From Saccharolobus solfataricus P2 (GTDB lineage: Archaea > Thermoproteota > Thermoprotei_A > Sulfolobales > Sulfolobaceae), in assembly GCF_000007005.1 (NCBI RefSeq), contig NC_002754.1: a DNA stretch of 64,000 bases. One strand, written 5' to 3'. This document shows positions 41,914-52,328 of this stretch, in pieces (the stretch's first letter is position 1; each line of letters begins with the position of its first letter). The translations under genes and the position numbers were made by a program. The notes beneath the pieces are model-generated. The model saw nothing but the letters and a program-made list of their open reading frames with translations. It was not told where the DNA came from and did no database searches.

Positions 41914-44109
41914 CTAACCCCTCTTAACTGTAATAGTTTCCTTACCGTTATATTCTATTTCGACATCTGGCTTCGTGTGCTCAATACCCTTACCCTTTTC
42001 AACCCAGATAATCTTAATTATTTTCTTACTCATCTCTAACTCTCCTCTTTTCTTTCCTATAGTGAGCTCTTGCTTATCTTCATCCCAAGTAATTGGTATT
42101 ATATAATATTTTCCTTTTTCATACTCATACGTAATCCCATCATCGTCATATAACTCGAAATAACCGTTCTTACCTGGATAAACCCTTAAGTCAATTACAT
42201 CCCAATACTCTTCAGCGTTATTTACATTTTTTCCCAATAATGGTAAGACAGCACCACTTCTTACGAATAAGGGTATGGTATCTAACGTTACCTTTACGTC
42301 CATCATCCTCCCGCCTTCTAACTTCTCACCAGTCCAGAAATCATACCAATATTCTTTAGAGGGTAAGTAAACCTCTTTCTCTATAATACTCGGCAAGGTC
42401 ACTGGGGATATCAATATGTAAGGACCAAACATGTATTGCTCATCAAAATCGTAAACGTTCTGATCATCCCTAAAATCCATAACTAGTGGCCTCATAATCG
42501 TATATCCGATACTATATGTCATCCAAGCTAATGAGTAAATATAAGGCAGTAATTTGTATCTCAACCTTATATATTTAAGGATAACTTCCTGGTACTCTCT
42601 TGGAAATCTCCAAGGTTCTTTTGGAAATATTGTACCGTGAACTCTGAGTATGGGACAAAACGTGCTCCATTGGAACCACCTAACGAAAATCTCTGCATAT
42701 GCCTTAGTTTCTGGGTTTCCAGAGAAGAAGCCACCGGTGTCAGTAGTCCAGTAAGGTATACCAGAAATTGAAAAATTGAGCCCAGCGGGGATTTGAGCTC
42801 TTAACGTAGCCCAATCACCCAGTACATCACCAGACCAACTAATTGCAGAATGCCTCTGTTGACCGGCGAAGGCAGATCTGGTCAATATTACAACCCTTTT
42901 ATTGCTAATTCTCCTCTGTCCTTCATACACAGCCTTAGTTTCCATTAAGGGATATGCGTTCAAATATTCATACCCTTTTCCAATTTCTAAATCCACATCG
43001 TGAATTGGGGAAAAGAAGACTAAACCAAGCCCAGTTTCTGGCTCTGAGGCATCTAGCCAATAAGCGTCTATCCCTAAATCGTAAAACCCCTTAACGTAAC
43101 TCCAAAAGAGCTCTCTGCATTCATCCTTAAAGGGATTAAACGCTGTAGTCCCCAGAATTATACACCCTTTACTTTCCATATCCTTAAACACTTCAGTCTC
43201 CTTCCCAAAAGTAGGCCATATTGATATTGCCAACTTAGCTCCCATTTTATGGATCTCCTCAACCATATCTTTAGGTCTTGGGAAATCTGTCTCATCAAAT
43301 TTGAAAGCGTTCCACCCGTACTTCCCCCAATATCTCCAGTCGAGTACTATTACGTCTAAGGGTATTTTCCTCTCTCTAAACTCCTTAACCACACTTGTTA
43401 TTTCATCTTGTGATTTATATCTCTCTTTACTCTGCCAATACCCATAAGCCCATTTAGGTAAAAGAGGAGCGTCTCCAGTTAACTTCCTATAACCTTTTAT
43501 TACATCATCTATGGAATCACCGTAAATTACGTAATAGTCTATCTTTTTACCAGCTTCAAACCAAACCTTTAATTTATTCCTCCTAAGACTTATCGATCCT
43601 AGGGAATAGTTATCCCACAATATTCCATAGCCCTTGCTTGAAACTATGAATGGAATACCGATATCAGTATTTCTCTGAGATAATGTAGTCGAAAGACCGC
43701 TATAGTCTAACTTGTAGGCTGAGGATTGACCTAAACCATTTCCACCTGCATGTTGTCCCAGGCCATATACTCTCTCACCCTCACTCAACTCAAACTCTTG
43801 TTCAACGTTGTAAGTTGATAACTCCTCGTTAAATTTCAAATCCCTTCTTTTCTCCTTAACGACAATTCCCCCCTTGTTGTCCTTCATTATTAACTCTCCG
43901 TTAGAAGTGTTTATATCTACACTGAGAGATTCGCTGGAGAAAGAGATTATAGATGGACCCGTACTTTCCCCTTTAATGCTTAGCTTCTCTAGGTTTGGTA
44001 ACACAACTAGACTATTATCTACTATGGCTTCCCTTCCATAATAGTATAAAACTCTAACAATATTATCTGCGATAAATTCTATTTCCACATTTAAATTCCC
44101 TATTCTCAT
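41914..44109 (-). CDS. xylS: GH31 alpha-xylosidase
   Basis: WLDASEPE, WSGD and LRVHG motifs; 731 aa. Confidence 0.97.
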   Translation of the reverse strand: MRIGNLNVEIEFIADNIVRVLYYYGREAIVDNSLVVLPNLEKLSIKGESTGPSIISFSSESLSVDINTSNGELIMKDNKGGIVVKEKRRDLKFNEELSTYNVEQEFELSEGERVYGLGQHAGGNGLGQSSAYKLDYSGLSTTLSQRNTDIGIPFIVSSKGYGILWDNYSLGSISLRRNKLKVWFEAGKKIDYYVIYGDSIDDVIKGYRKLTGDAPLLPKWAYGYWQSKERYKSQDEITSVVKEFRERKIPLDVIVLDWRYWGKYGWNAFKFDETDFPRPKDMVEEIHKMGAKLAISIWPTFGKETEVFKDMESKGCIILGTTAFNPFKDECRELFWSYVKGFYDLGIDAYWLDASEPETGLGLVFFSPIHDVDLEIGKGYEYLNAYPLMETKAVYEGQRRISNKRVVILTRSAFAGQQRHSAISWSGDVLGDWATLRAQIPAGLNFSISGIPYWTTDTGGFFSGNPETKAYAEIFVRWFQWSTFCPILRVHGTIFPKEPWRFPREYQEVILKYIRLRYKLLPYIYSLAWMTYSIGYTIMRPLVMDFRDDQNVYDFDEQYMFGPYILISPVTLPSIIEKEVYLPSKEYWYDFWTGEKLEGGRMMDVKVTLDTIPLFVRSGAVLPLLGKNVNNAEEYWDVIDLRVYPGKNGYFELYDDDGITYEYEKGKYYIIPITWDEDKQELTIGKKRGELEMSKKIIKIIWVEKGKGIEHTKPDVEIEYNGKETITVKRG

Positions 44110-44155
44110 TATAAAGCTTCTTCATGATCTATTATATAAGCTTTGTGTTATTTAC

Positions 44156-45203
44156 TGCTTTGTGGATTGCTTCAGAATTGTACAAAAAGTTTATAAATTA
44201 TTCGTTTAAGTATTACCTATGGAAAAGAGTAAGTACAAGAGGGACTGGAGCAAGTACGACGAGAACGTCATAACTAGATATAAGTTGATGTTCCCCTTCT
44301 ACGTATTCGAACATTGGTGGGACTTATTAGCAGAGGAGAACAGGAACGCTAGGACAAAGTATAAAGCTCCGAAGGAGTTCAACGACTTCCTAGCCTTCCT
44401 CCACATCTTCCTACCTTACAGAGCAATAGAAGGAGTATTAAGAGCCTTAGAACAATTGAAAATCATCCCCACAAGCCAACAATATGGGAGAGAGTGAGGA
44501 ACATGAAAATAACCTTCCCCGAGGCAAGTGACGAACTTGAAGTAATTGCAGACGCTACCGGCATTAGCACAAACACGGGAGGACAATACATTGTTGCCAA
44601 GTGGGGTAAGACTAGGGATTCAAAATTCCTCAAGATCGAGATAGTAATGGACAATAACGAATTCAACGTGGTAAACGCTGAGGTCACTAGCAACGAGGTT
44701 GAAAGCGCTGTAAAAACAGTTAAGGATCTTCAAGATAAGGGAAAGAAGGTCAAGAAGTTTTATGGAGATAAGACATATGACGCCAATGAGGTTTACAAGA
44801 CCGGAGTTGAGGTTGTAGTTCCTCCCAAGAAGAACGCTTCTACTAAAAGGGGCCATCTTGCTAGACGTAAGGCTGTGCGGGAGTTTAGGAAGTTGGGTTA
44901 TGATCGTTGGAGGGAGGAGAAGGGTTATGGCGTTAGGTGGAGGGTCGAGTCCTTGTTCTCTGCGGTGAAGCGTACTTTTGGGGAATCGGTTAGGGCAACA
45001 AGTTTTGCTGGACAAGTAGTTGAGGCTAAGCTCAAGTTCTGGGCTTACGCGTGGATGGTTCACTTGGCGAATTCTGTAGTCGGTAGGGCTCCGGGCATTA
45101 GGGTGTAAGCTTGAGAGGAACGTTGAAATAAATATTAATTACTGAAAAATTAGTGTTATACAATATCGTTTTAATGAGACAAATTGAACAAATCAACAAA
45201 GTA
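44156..45203 (+). mobile_element. ISC1058-type IS5-family element, defective
   Basis: Imperfect IR TGCTTTGTGGATT / AATCAACAAAGTA; 9-bp TSD GTTATTTAC (44147-55 and 45204-12); 1048 bp. Confidence 0.85.
44219..45108 (+). pseudogene. Frameshifted ISC1058 transposase
   Basis: ORFs 44219..44497 and 44494..45108 break near 44476. The element is 10 bp shorter than nominal, consistent with a single frameshifting deletion. Confidence 0.85.
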
Positions 45204-46099
45204 GTTATTTACGACTCTGGGACAAAAACTTTAGATACCCCTTATTTTGTATCATGAACACATGAATAAGAAGTTAACTCAGAAAGACTTCGACAATTTC
45301 AAGGAGTCAATAGAGGACTTGATCAAGTTGCACAAGGAAAGTAGGCTCAGTAAGATAGAGAACAATAAGGAGAACGAAGAAGAGAGGTCAGCCAGATTAA
45401 GAAGATTCGGTCGAGAGTTAAGACTTAGAGGAGGCAAAGTTCGTCAAGATCAAGAAAGAACAAGGGAGAAAAAGCAAACTAACCCCACAAGAGAAGGCAT
45501 ACATACTGATAATCAAGGAATATCTAGGCTTATCCAACAAGGAAACCGCAGAACTAGCATCACTACTGAACCTAACGAAGAAGGAGATAAGCCACAAGAC
45601 AGTAGAGAGACTATACTCCCACCCCACATCTTCGTCATCCTCTACAACCTACTCTCAAAGACCGTTGGTGGCCTCAAGGTGGTCATGGACGGGACAGGCT
45701 ATTCCCTAGTAGTAACCAAGCATTAAAGGAGTGAAAGGGAGAAGTCTGGGGAAGATGTGAAGGAAGGGAAGGAGTTCGCGTACTCCTTCTTCATCTTTGA
45801 CTTGGGTAGTAACCTGATTGTCGCTTACGGTTATTCGCTTAAGAGTGAGAGGGAGGCTTATGAGATGGTTCTCGAGGTCCTGAGGGATCTTGGTGTAAAG
45901 GTTGACTCCTTGAGGGCTGACAAGTACTATAGCAAGTCTATACTGGATGACTTCCCTGATTCTGAGATCTACTTGATACCCTAACGCTACGATCAAGGGA
46001 GGGAAAAGGTGGAGGGAGATGATATTGAAGTTCATGAAGAACCCACTGGAGTATTTGGAGGAGTATTTTAAGCGTGAGAGGCTCTGATCTCCTCCATTA

Positions 46100-47324
46100 C
46101 GGTAGACCCAAAATCACCTCCATAAAAATAAATCTATAGTATTAATAAGTGTTTCCTCAAGATTAAATATAAAATCCTTTAGATCAGATAAATCGTCTAG
46201 AAAGCAGAGGATGAGCAGCAATCTAAACTCCTCTCTTGTCATGACGTTCTTAAACACGGTGTAAAGCGAGTAGAAGATCATGGCCAGCACGAAGATCAAC
46301 TCGCGGAAGATGAACTTGGTGGAGCTCGTGAAGGGAAGGAAGGCCTTGATGTTCCTGTAAGACGTCTCAATGGGACTCCTAACCTTGTTGTACAACTTCA
46401 GCACTTCCCTCTTGGGTAGGTCGAGGTTGGTCGCCCTCGCGAAGTACACCACGGTCTTCTTCCTCTTCTTAACGATTTCCTTACCATACACCAGGAGTCT
46501 GAACTTGACCTGCTCTTCCTTCTTATGCCTCTTACTGTTTGTCGTGTACTCTCCGTCGAACTCCTCGTAGATCTTCACGTCCCCCACAGGGACTCCTATC
46601 ACGAACTTGAACTGCGATATGAACTTGAGGACTTCCACGGTGTAGAATCCCGCGTCCAAGGTTACGAGCCCCACCTTGAAGCCCATTCCCACAATTTGCT
46701 CCATGAGAAGCTTCACGATCTCATCCTTGCTCATCCCGTTAACTTGGGGAACGAAAGCTAGGAGGAGCACCATATTCTGATACTTCGTGGTCGCGGTAGC
46801 GTAGTTCCACGAGTTCCCCTTGGCTGAACTACCCAGTCCCTCCACCGGCTTACCATACCACGTCTTGGTTGTCCAGTCTATGGAGATGTCGACTTCCTTC
46901 ACTCCCTTGAGTATCTCCATGGAAATCCTCCTCATGGACTCTAATAGCTTCTCGATCACCTCAGTTCCCTGCTCCTCCACGTAGTTCCTCACGGTCTGTG
47001 GTGACACGTTATACCCTTTGGACTTGCTTTCCACGGAGTCGTTCCACAAGCACGCGGAGACCAGAACTCTCGATACCTCCTCAGCCTTTCTTCCCTTGAA
47101 GCTCAACATGGAAAGTAATTTATACCCTACTTGTTGTAGATTATTTTGGTGAGGAAGACCAGGTGTTATCACCTTGTCTTCACCACGTGATAATACCGGC
47201 TTCCTCACCTTAAATCTTTCTTCAATTAATTGCGTTCTTGTCAAAGCTATAAATTCTATTATTTTTCAGAATCTGATATTACCCAACCAAAATTATTTTT
47301 TGTAAAATGATTTTGGGTCTACCG
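46100..47324 (-). mobile_element. ISC1225 (ISH3 family)
   Basis: Exactly 1225 bp; 17-bp perfect IR CGGTAGACCCAAAATCA; 4-bp TSD ATTA. Confidence 0.92.
46114..47244 (-). CDS. ISC1225 DDE transposase
   Basis: ISIDWT, TLDAGF and YNKVRSPIETSY motifs. Confidence 0.92.
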   Translation of the reverse strand: MTRTQLIEERFKVRKPVLSRGEDKVITPGLPHQNNLQQVGYKLLSMLSFKGRKAEEVSRVLVSACLWNDSVESKSKGYNVSPQTVRNYVEEQGTEVIEKLLESMRRISMEILKGVKEVDISIDWTTKTWYGKPVEGLGSSAKGNSWNYATATTKYQNMVLLLAFVPQVNGMSKDEIVKLLMEQIVGMGFKVGLVTLDAGFYTVEVLKFISQFKFVIGVPVGDVKIYEEFDGEYTTNSKRHKKEEQVKFRLLVYGKEIVKKRKKTVVYFARATNLDLPKREVLKLYNKVRSPIETSYRNIKAFLPFTSSTKFIFRELIFVLAMIFYSLYTVFKNVMTREEFRLLLILCFLDDLSDLKDFIFNLEETLINTIDLFLWR

Positions 47325-47410
47325 ATTAAAAGGAGGACAGGGTGGATCATAAATAAGGTCAGGGAAGAGAGGATCCACTTGACGGTCTTAGCGAGGGTCA
47401 CGATTCACGA

Positions 47411-48638
47411 GAGAGTGTCCGGAATGTAAAAAATTGAATTTTTATTGGCAAGAATAAATTGGTTTCTAGTATTATCTTGGATTAAATTGGAGTAACACTT
47501 AAGTTATGGGAGTAGAGGGTAGTACCATGGCAAGAACATTAAGACACATACCAAACCTGATGTACTACCCTCTTCCCCCAATAGAGGATATGCCGTGGAG
47601 GGAAAAATGGTTAACGGAGATCAAGCCCGTGCTGGACACCATGGATTTGGAGAGGGTTCTGGGCGAGGGTGCGCTGGTTTACCTGAAGTTGTTAATCGTC
47701 ATGGTGCTCTACTCTTGCTCCTATAGGGACGCGGTGAAAATGGTCAACGTGAACGTGGTCGTGGCCTGGTTCGTGGGGAGGAAGGTGGGGAAGAGCACGC
47801 TGCACGACTTCGTGGGCAGGTTGTACGGGGTGAGGAAGAAGTTGTTGGAGATTTCCTTCAAGCTTGAGGAGAAGTGCCTACCCAGTTACCTCCCTGCGAG
47901 CGCGCATCTCGTGGACTTCATGGCGTGGCTAGTGGACTCCTTCCTACTGGACTTACCTCCTGGGAAGAGGAGCGTGGAGACCTTTCGGGAGAAGGCGGAG
48001 CTGGAGAGGAGGGAAGGTAACCTGGAGAGGGCCAGGAAGCTGCTCTCCCTGGGGAGAACCAAGAGGAGGTTCGAGGGAAGGTGGACCAAGAAGAGAGGGG
48101 TCTCGCACTACGGGCTCAAGGCAGTGGCCGTGATCTCCGTCTCCCTCTTCGTGAGGTCCATCACGGTGAAGCCAGCCAACTTCTCGGACAAGAGGTTCAA
48201 GTCACCGCTCAAGGGGATTAAGATCGCGGACAGGGGATTCTCTCCCTCCCCGACACAGCTCATAGCGCGGGAGAAGCCCTTCACTACCCTGAGGGCCCAC
48301 GTGGAGTTCTTCGGCACCTACCTGAACGCGTTCTGGAGGCCCTACGGGACCACGACCTGGAGGAACGACGTCTTCCTTCACGTCCTGGGAGTGATCTACA
48401 ACATCAAGATGTTCCTCGCGATCCAACGGAGGACTCCTCCAGGACGTAGAGCCGTTCAGCTCTGAGACGCGCCTCCTCGCGATCAGGCAACGCTATGCGC
48501 GATAGGTAAATCCTCTCGTCTTGATATTTTTCCATTATAAAGTTTTTCTCGGTGATCCAGGTTCTACCCTTCTAGCAATATTAATATTTATCATTCTGTT
48601 TATCTATTCGTTCAGATAATTACATTCCGGACACTCTC
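47411..48638 (+). mobile_element. IS5-like element (ISC1234-type)
   Basis: 19-bp perfect IR GAGAGTGTCCGGAATGTAA; 4-bp TSD ACGA; 1228 bp; much higher GC than the host. Confidence 0.85.
47506..48465 (+). CDS. IS5-like transposase
   Basis: LVDSF, HYGLK, IADRGF and RAHVEFF motifs; intact ORF inside the IRs. Confidence 0.85.
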   Translation: MGVEGSTMARTLRHIPNLMYYPLPPIEDMPWREKWLTEIKPVLDTMDLERVLGEGALVYLKLLIVMVLYSCSYRDAVKMVNVNVVVAWFVGRKVGKSTLHDFVGRLYGVRKKLLEISFKLEEKCLPSYLPASAHLVDFMAWLVDSFLLDLPPGKRSVETFREKAELERREGNLERARKLLSLGRTKRRFEGRWTKKRGVSHYGLKAVAVISVSLFVRSITVKPANFSDKRFKSPLKGIKIADRGFSPSPTQLIAREKPFTTLRAHVEFFGTYLNAFWRPYGTTTWRNDVFLHVLGVIYNIKMFLAIQRRTPPGRRAVQL

Positions 48639-48727
48639 ACGATCTACTGTGGTCTAAAGCGTTAGATTAAAAATCCCGAAATGCTATATAAATTTAGAAA
48701 CCCATTAGACTAATTTGTCCCAGACTC

Positions 48728-49239
48728 GGAGTTGCTCTTTGATTAAATATTATTTCTAGTTCTTATGGGTTGATTATTGTCATATTGGCAACATAATTTG
48801 CTAGATACCCTAGTTGTGGATATGCTTGGTCTAATGCTATTGTGTACCATACTGCTGTTGCGTTGAATGGCGTACCGTCCGTAAAATACACATCATGTCT
48901 CAAGTATAATATTAACGCTAGTGTCTGTACTTTACCGTTAGGAGTGTTAACGTAACCAGTAGTCCACGTCCAATTAGTCGCTAACCAAGGAATAATTTGG
49001 CCATTGTCATAATTTACTAATGCTAATGGTTCATAGATAAACCACTCCCCGTCATCAACAAGATTAGGACTGCTCTACGGATTATAATTATCTTGCCACG
49101 TACCGATTGGCGAAGCTACAATTACAATGCTCCCTTCGGGTTGTACAGATGTAGACTGCGATATCGTCGGTATTATGAAAACTCCTATACTTATTAGCAT
49201 TAAAACAGAAATTATTCCAGAAATTATCTTTCTCGCCAT
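48728..49239 (-). pseudogene. 5' fragment of a family-5 (OppA/DppA-like) ABC solute-binding protein
   Basis: My translation: MARKIISGIISVLMLISIGVFII signal peptide, then FIYEPLALVN...IIPWLATNWTW...LRHDVYFTDGTPFNATAVWYT. In-frame stops at 49075-77 and 48763-65; cut off by the ISC1217-like end. Confidence 0.85.
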
Positions 49240-49277
49240 TTCTGCTTACCTTATTTTATGATTATTCGCATCGATTT

Positions 49278-49302
49278 ATTTAATATTTATACGTAACATG
49301 TT
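49278..49302 (-). promoter_or_regulatory. ara-box plus TATA of the binding-protein pseudogene
   Basis: AACATGTT-N11-TTAAAT on the minus strand; SD-like AAGGTAAG at 49245-52. Confidence 0.65.
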
Positions 49303-49609
49303 AAATATATTTGGCCATAATAGTGGGACGAGAACTTGAATTTTAACCATTATTTTGTGTGATAGATTAGTTAGCATCCTAGCTAGTCTATATTGTATAA
49401 ACGACTCCTATTTTGCGTATCTTAACAATTACTGCTTTGTTGATATATTGAATATTTTTTATTATATTATTATATCATCTTTATTTTAATTAATTTAAAG
49501 ATATTCAATTTAGGTTTGTAATGGCACTTAAGTCGTTGTGAAAATTCAACAAGTTCACTAAGCAAATAATTACTAAAAAAATTTAAACTCGGAAATAGCG
49601 ACATATCAT

Positions 49610-50416
49610 ATGGATTGGAAATTAGGAATTATCTCAGATGAGATCTCTCAAGATTTCGAGCATGCAGTAAAGGTAATAAAAGAGTTAGGTGCAAGCTATG
49701 TTGAAGTAAGAAATTTATGGAATAAGAATGTAACGCAACTATTGGATTCTGAATTTTCAGAAATGAAAAGGGTTGTTGAAAAGTATGGGCTTATCATATC
49801 CAATCTAGATTCTCCTAGCTTTAAGATATATATAGATGACGAAAAAGGTTATAAAGAACATTTACAAATTTTAAGGAAAGTAATAGAGTTAAGTAAAAAA
49901 TTGGATATAGCGTACACGAGAATATTCACTTTTTGGTATCAAGGAGAATTAAGATATTATATTGATAAGTTAGCTGAAAGATTCAATAGTGCTATAGATA
50001 TAGCTCAAAGTGAAGGGGTAATATTAGTCATAGAAAATGAGTACAGTTGTTTTGTAGGCACAGGGAAAGAGCTTAGAACATTCTTAGATAAAATAAGGAC
50101 GAAATGGGTTAAGGTATTATGGGACCCTGGAAATGCCTTCTTCGCTAGGGAGACGCCGTATCCAGACGGATATGAATTAATAAAAGGTGACATTATGCAC
50201 TTACACATTAAGGATGCAATGGTTAAAGATGGTCACTTTATTTGGATGCCAGTAGGGAAGGGAATGATAAACTATAAGGAACAATTTAGAGCGTTAAGGG
50301 GTAGTGCTCATGTCATATCTTTAGAAACTCACTATAGAAATAGCGCAAATGACCCAGAGGCTAGTACGAGAGAGTCCTTTAATGGTATAATTAAAATATT
50401 GAAAGAGCTAAGTTAA
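49610..50416 (+). CDS. Sugar phosphate isomerase/epimerase (IolE/XylA-like TIM barrel)
   Basis: IENE, WDPGN, HLHIKD and SLETH metal-site motifs. Confidence 0.9.
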   Translation: MDWKLGIISDEISQDFEHAVKVIKELGASYVEVRNLWNKNVTQLLDSEFSEMKRVVEKYGLIISNLDSPSFKIYIDDEKGYKEHLQILRKVIELSKKLDIAYTRIFTFWYQGELRYYIDKLAERFNSAIDIAQSEGVILVIENEYSCFVGTGKELRTFLDKIRTKWVKVLWDPGNAFFARETPYPDGYELIKGDIMHLHIKDAMVKDGHFIWMPVGKGMINYKEQFRALRGSAHVISLETHYRNSANDPEASTRESFNGIIKILKELS

Positions 50417-50857
50417 TTTGATTGTTTTTAAAAAAAGATTTTTATCTTAATGCTTTAGTTCATTCGTAGAATATTTTTCCATTAAATTACTACTATCTTC
50501 ATTTCAAGTAGTGATCAGATTCATAATTCCTTCTTGTAACACCTCTTAACTCATTGCTAAAATTTAACAAGTCCAAAAAGCGTTATTTTAATAATCTCGT
50601 CATTAACCACTGCGTTACTTCTCTGTACAATCTCTGTCTGATTTCGTATAGCATTTATAGGAAAATCGTTACACTTTTACGTTACGTTAAAAATATATAA
50701 TGAATCTTTCCTGGTTAGATGAAAAATGTTTATTGATAAGCTATAATATTAAGAAGTACAATGAAAGATATTTATAAATACATGGATAAATATTTTGACT
50801 TTTTATGATAAGGGAATTTCCTAAAACTACTAATGGTATACTTCCAATGATCCATTC

Positions 50858-52054
50858 GTGACGTTGTCCGATTTGAGCAAAATTAAAAACCATTATAATT
50901 ACAGCATTTCAGATTACACTATTCTTCATTATATTCAAGTATAAAAAATAATATAATATGTATTAATAAGGGAAAATACAGATAATTGTACAATTTTGCA
51001 ATAAAATTTGCCATAACAACAAGTAAACACGTAAACGAACCTCGTTAATTAACGAGTACCTTCGTCCTAATCCTCGTCGAAAGAATTTCGAGATCACGAT
51101 AGAAGTTAAGGAAGAATACCTCCATAACCACTCCCCTTAAGGTTGTAGACGAAGCCTTACCTTCCCTAATCTTAACACCACTACCCTCAACCGGAAGTCC
51201 AGCACTACCAACACCCTTAACTAAGACGTCCTTCCTGGAAATCCAAGCCCTATCAGCCATTAACTTAACGTTATCAAATGAAAAGGCTAGATCACTCAAC
51301 AATCCAACCTTGAAGTCCCTAACGAAATTAGTCCTCCTTTCCACAAGACCTTAAACCCGAAGTAGGACTTACCGTGCTTCCTACCCCAACTACCCTTATA
51401 CTTCCTAAAGGCTGTGAAGTTCTTGAGCCTGGAAGTAGTATAACCCATGAGGAGAAAAACGTCATTGAACCCCATCTCCTTAAGGTCAAGTGAGATCTTC
51501 TCAAGACCGTTTTGAAGACTCCTCTTTCCTGGGTAGGCCTCACGGAAGAATGTGTCAATTATGTGGTAGTCCTCGAACCTATCGTTTTTTCTCTCCCAAC
51601 TTCAAGTTCAAATTCCCTATACTCGCTGATCACCTTGTTCAAAGCCTTGTTTAACTCATCCATTAGTGTTGTTCTCATTGTCTCGCCCTCTTGAATAACT
51701 GTTTGTTGGAGTTTCTTGTAGAAGAAGAATACTGTGCTCTTTGGTGGAACTTTCCCGCCCAAGAAGTCCATAAAACTCTTACTGTCCCTAATTTCTCCCT
51801 CCAAGTTATTCCAAGAGATGTCGAAAACGAACTTGATTAGGAGGACTTTGAGGAGTAAGATGACGTCCCACTTGGGCTTCTTGGAGTAAAGGGACTTAAG
51901 CTTACTCCTAAACGTTTCCCAAGGGAAGGATTTATCTATCTTGAGCAAGAGGTCCTTTTCAGTTGAAATTGCCTTTACCATAATATTATCTCATCCTAAT
52001 TTCTTATTAATATTACTCATGAATTGCCATTTTAATCAACTTGGATAACGTCTC
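50858..52054 (-). mobile_element. ISC1212-like IS5-family remnant with fragmented transposase
   Basis: Imperfect IR GTGACGTTGTCCGATTT / AACTTGGATAACGTCTC; transposase pieces at 51559..51981, 51328..51558 and 51045..51344; no clear TSD. Confidence 0.75.
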
Positions 52055-52285
52055 GTGTATCAAACTACCACAACTACTACCACAACTAGCACGTCCACCA
52101 CCACAAGTACTGTTACTACCACAAGTGTTTCAACTACTACAAGTGTCTCCACGTCTGTAAGTACTACTACAGCTACTGTTACTACTACTGTCAGTTCATC
52201 CAACACTACACTATACGCCATAATAGCTGTTGTAATAATAGTCGTAATAATAGTGGGAGTGATACTAGGCCTTAGAAGAAGATAA
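52055..52285 (+). pseudogene. Orphan Ser/Thr-rich linker plus C-terminal membrane anchor (3' end of a surface or binding protein)
   Basis: Poly-T/S stretch, hydrophobic helix and RRR stop-transfer tail; begins exactly at the IS end. Confidence 0.75.
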
Positions 52286-52328
52286 AATAAAAAGAAAGGG
52301 AAAAATAAAGATAAGTTTTTCTTTTTAT

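Larger units (their letters stand above)
45213..48727 (+). mobile_element. Degenerate ISC1217-like element (pieces 45213-46099, 47329-47410, 48643-48727) hosting two nested ISs
   Basis: IR GACTCTGGGACAAA / TTTGTCCCAGACTC. The transposase tail reads ALISSIKRRTGWIINKVREERIHLTVLARVTIHDLLWSKALD* across both nested junctions. No matching TSD. Confidence 0.75.

Noticed and set aside
45247-46035. ORFs 45247..45726, 45757..45984, 45418..45627 and 45706..46035 as independent genes
   Set aside because: Frameshifted pieces or antisense shadows of the degenerate ISC1217-like transposase.
50440-50857. Possible decayed gene or orphan start (MIREFPKTTNGILPMIH at ~50806) before the ISC1212-like remnant
   Set aside because: Frames contain stops or are cut after 17 codons; no recognisable motif or signal peptide.
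52064-52200. ACN/AGN trinucleotide repeat array as a CRISPR or satellite
   Set aside because: It is coding low-complexity Ser/Thr linker, with no repeat-spacer structure.
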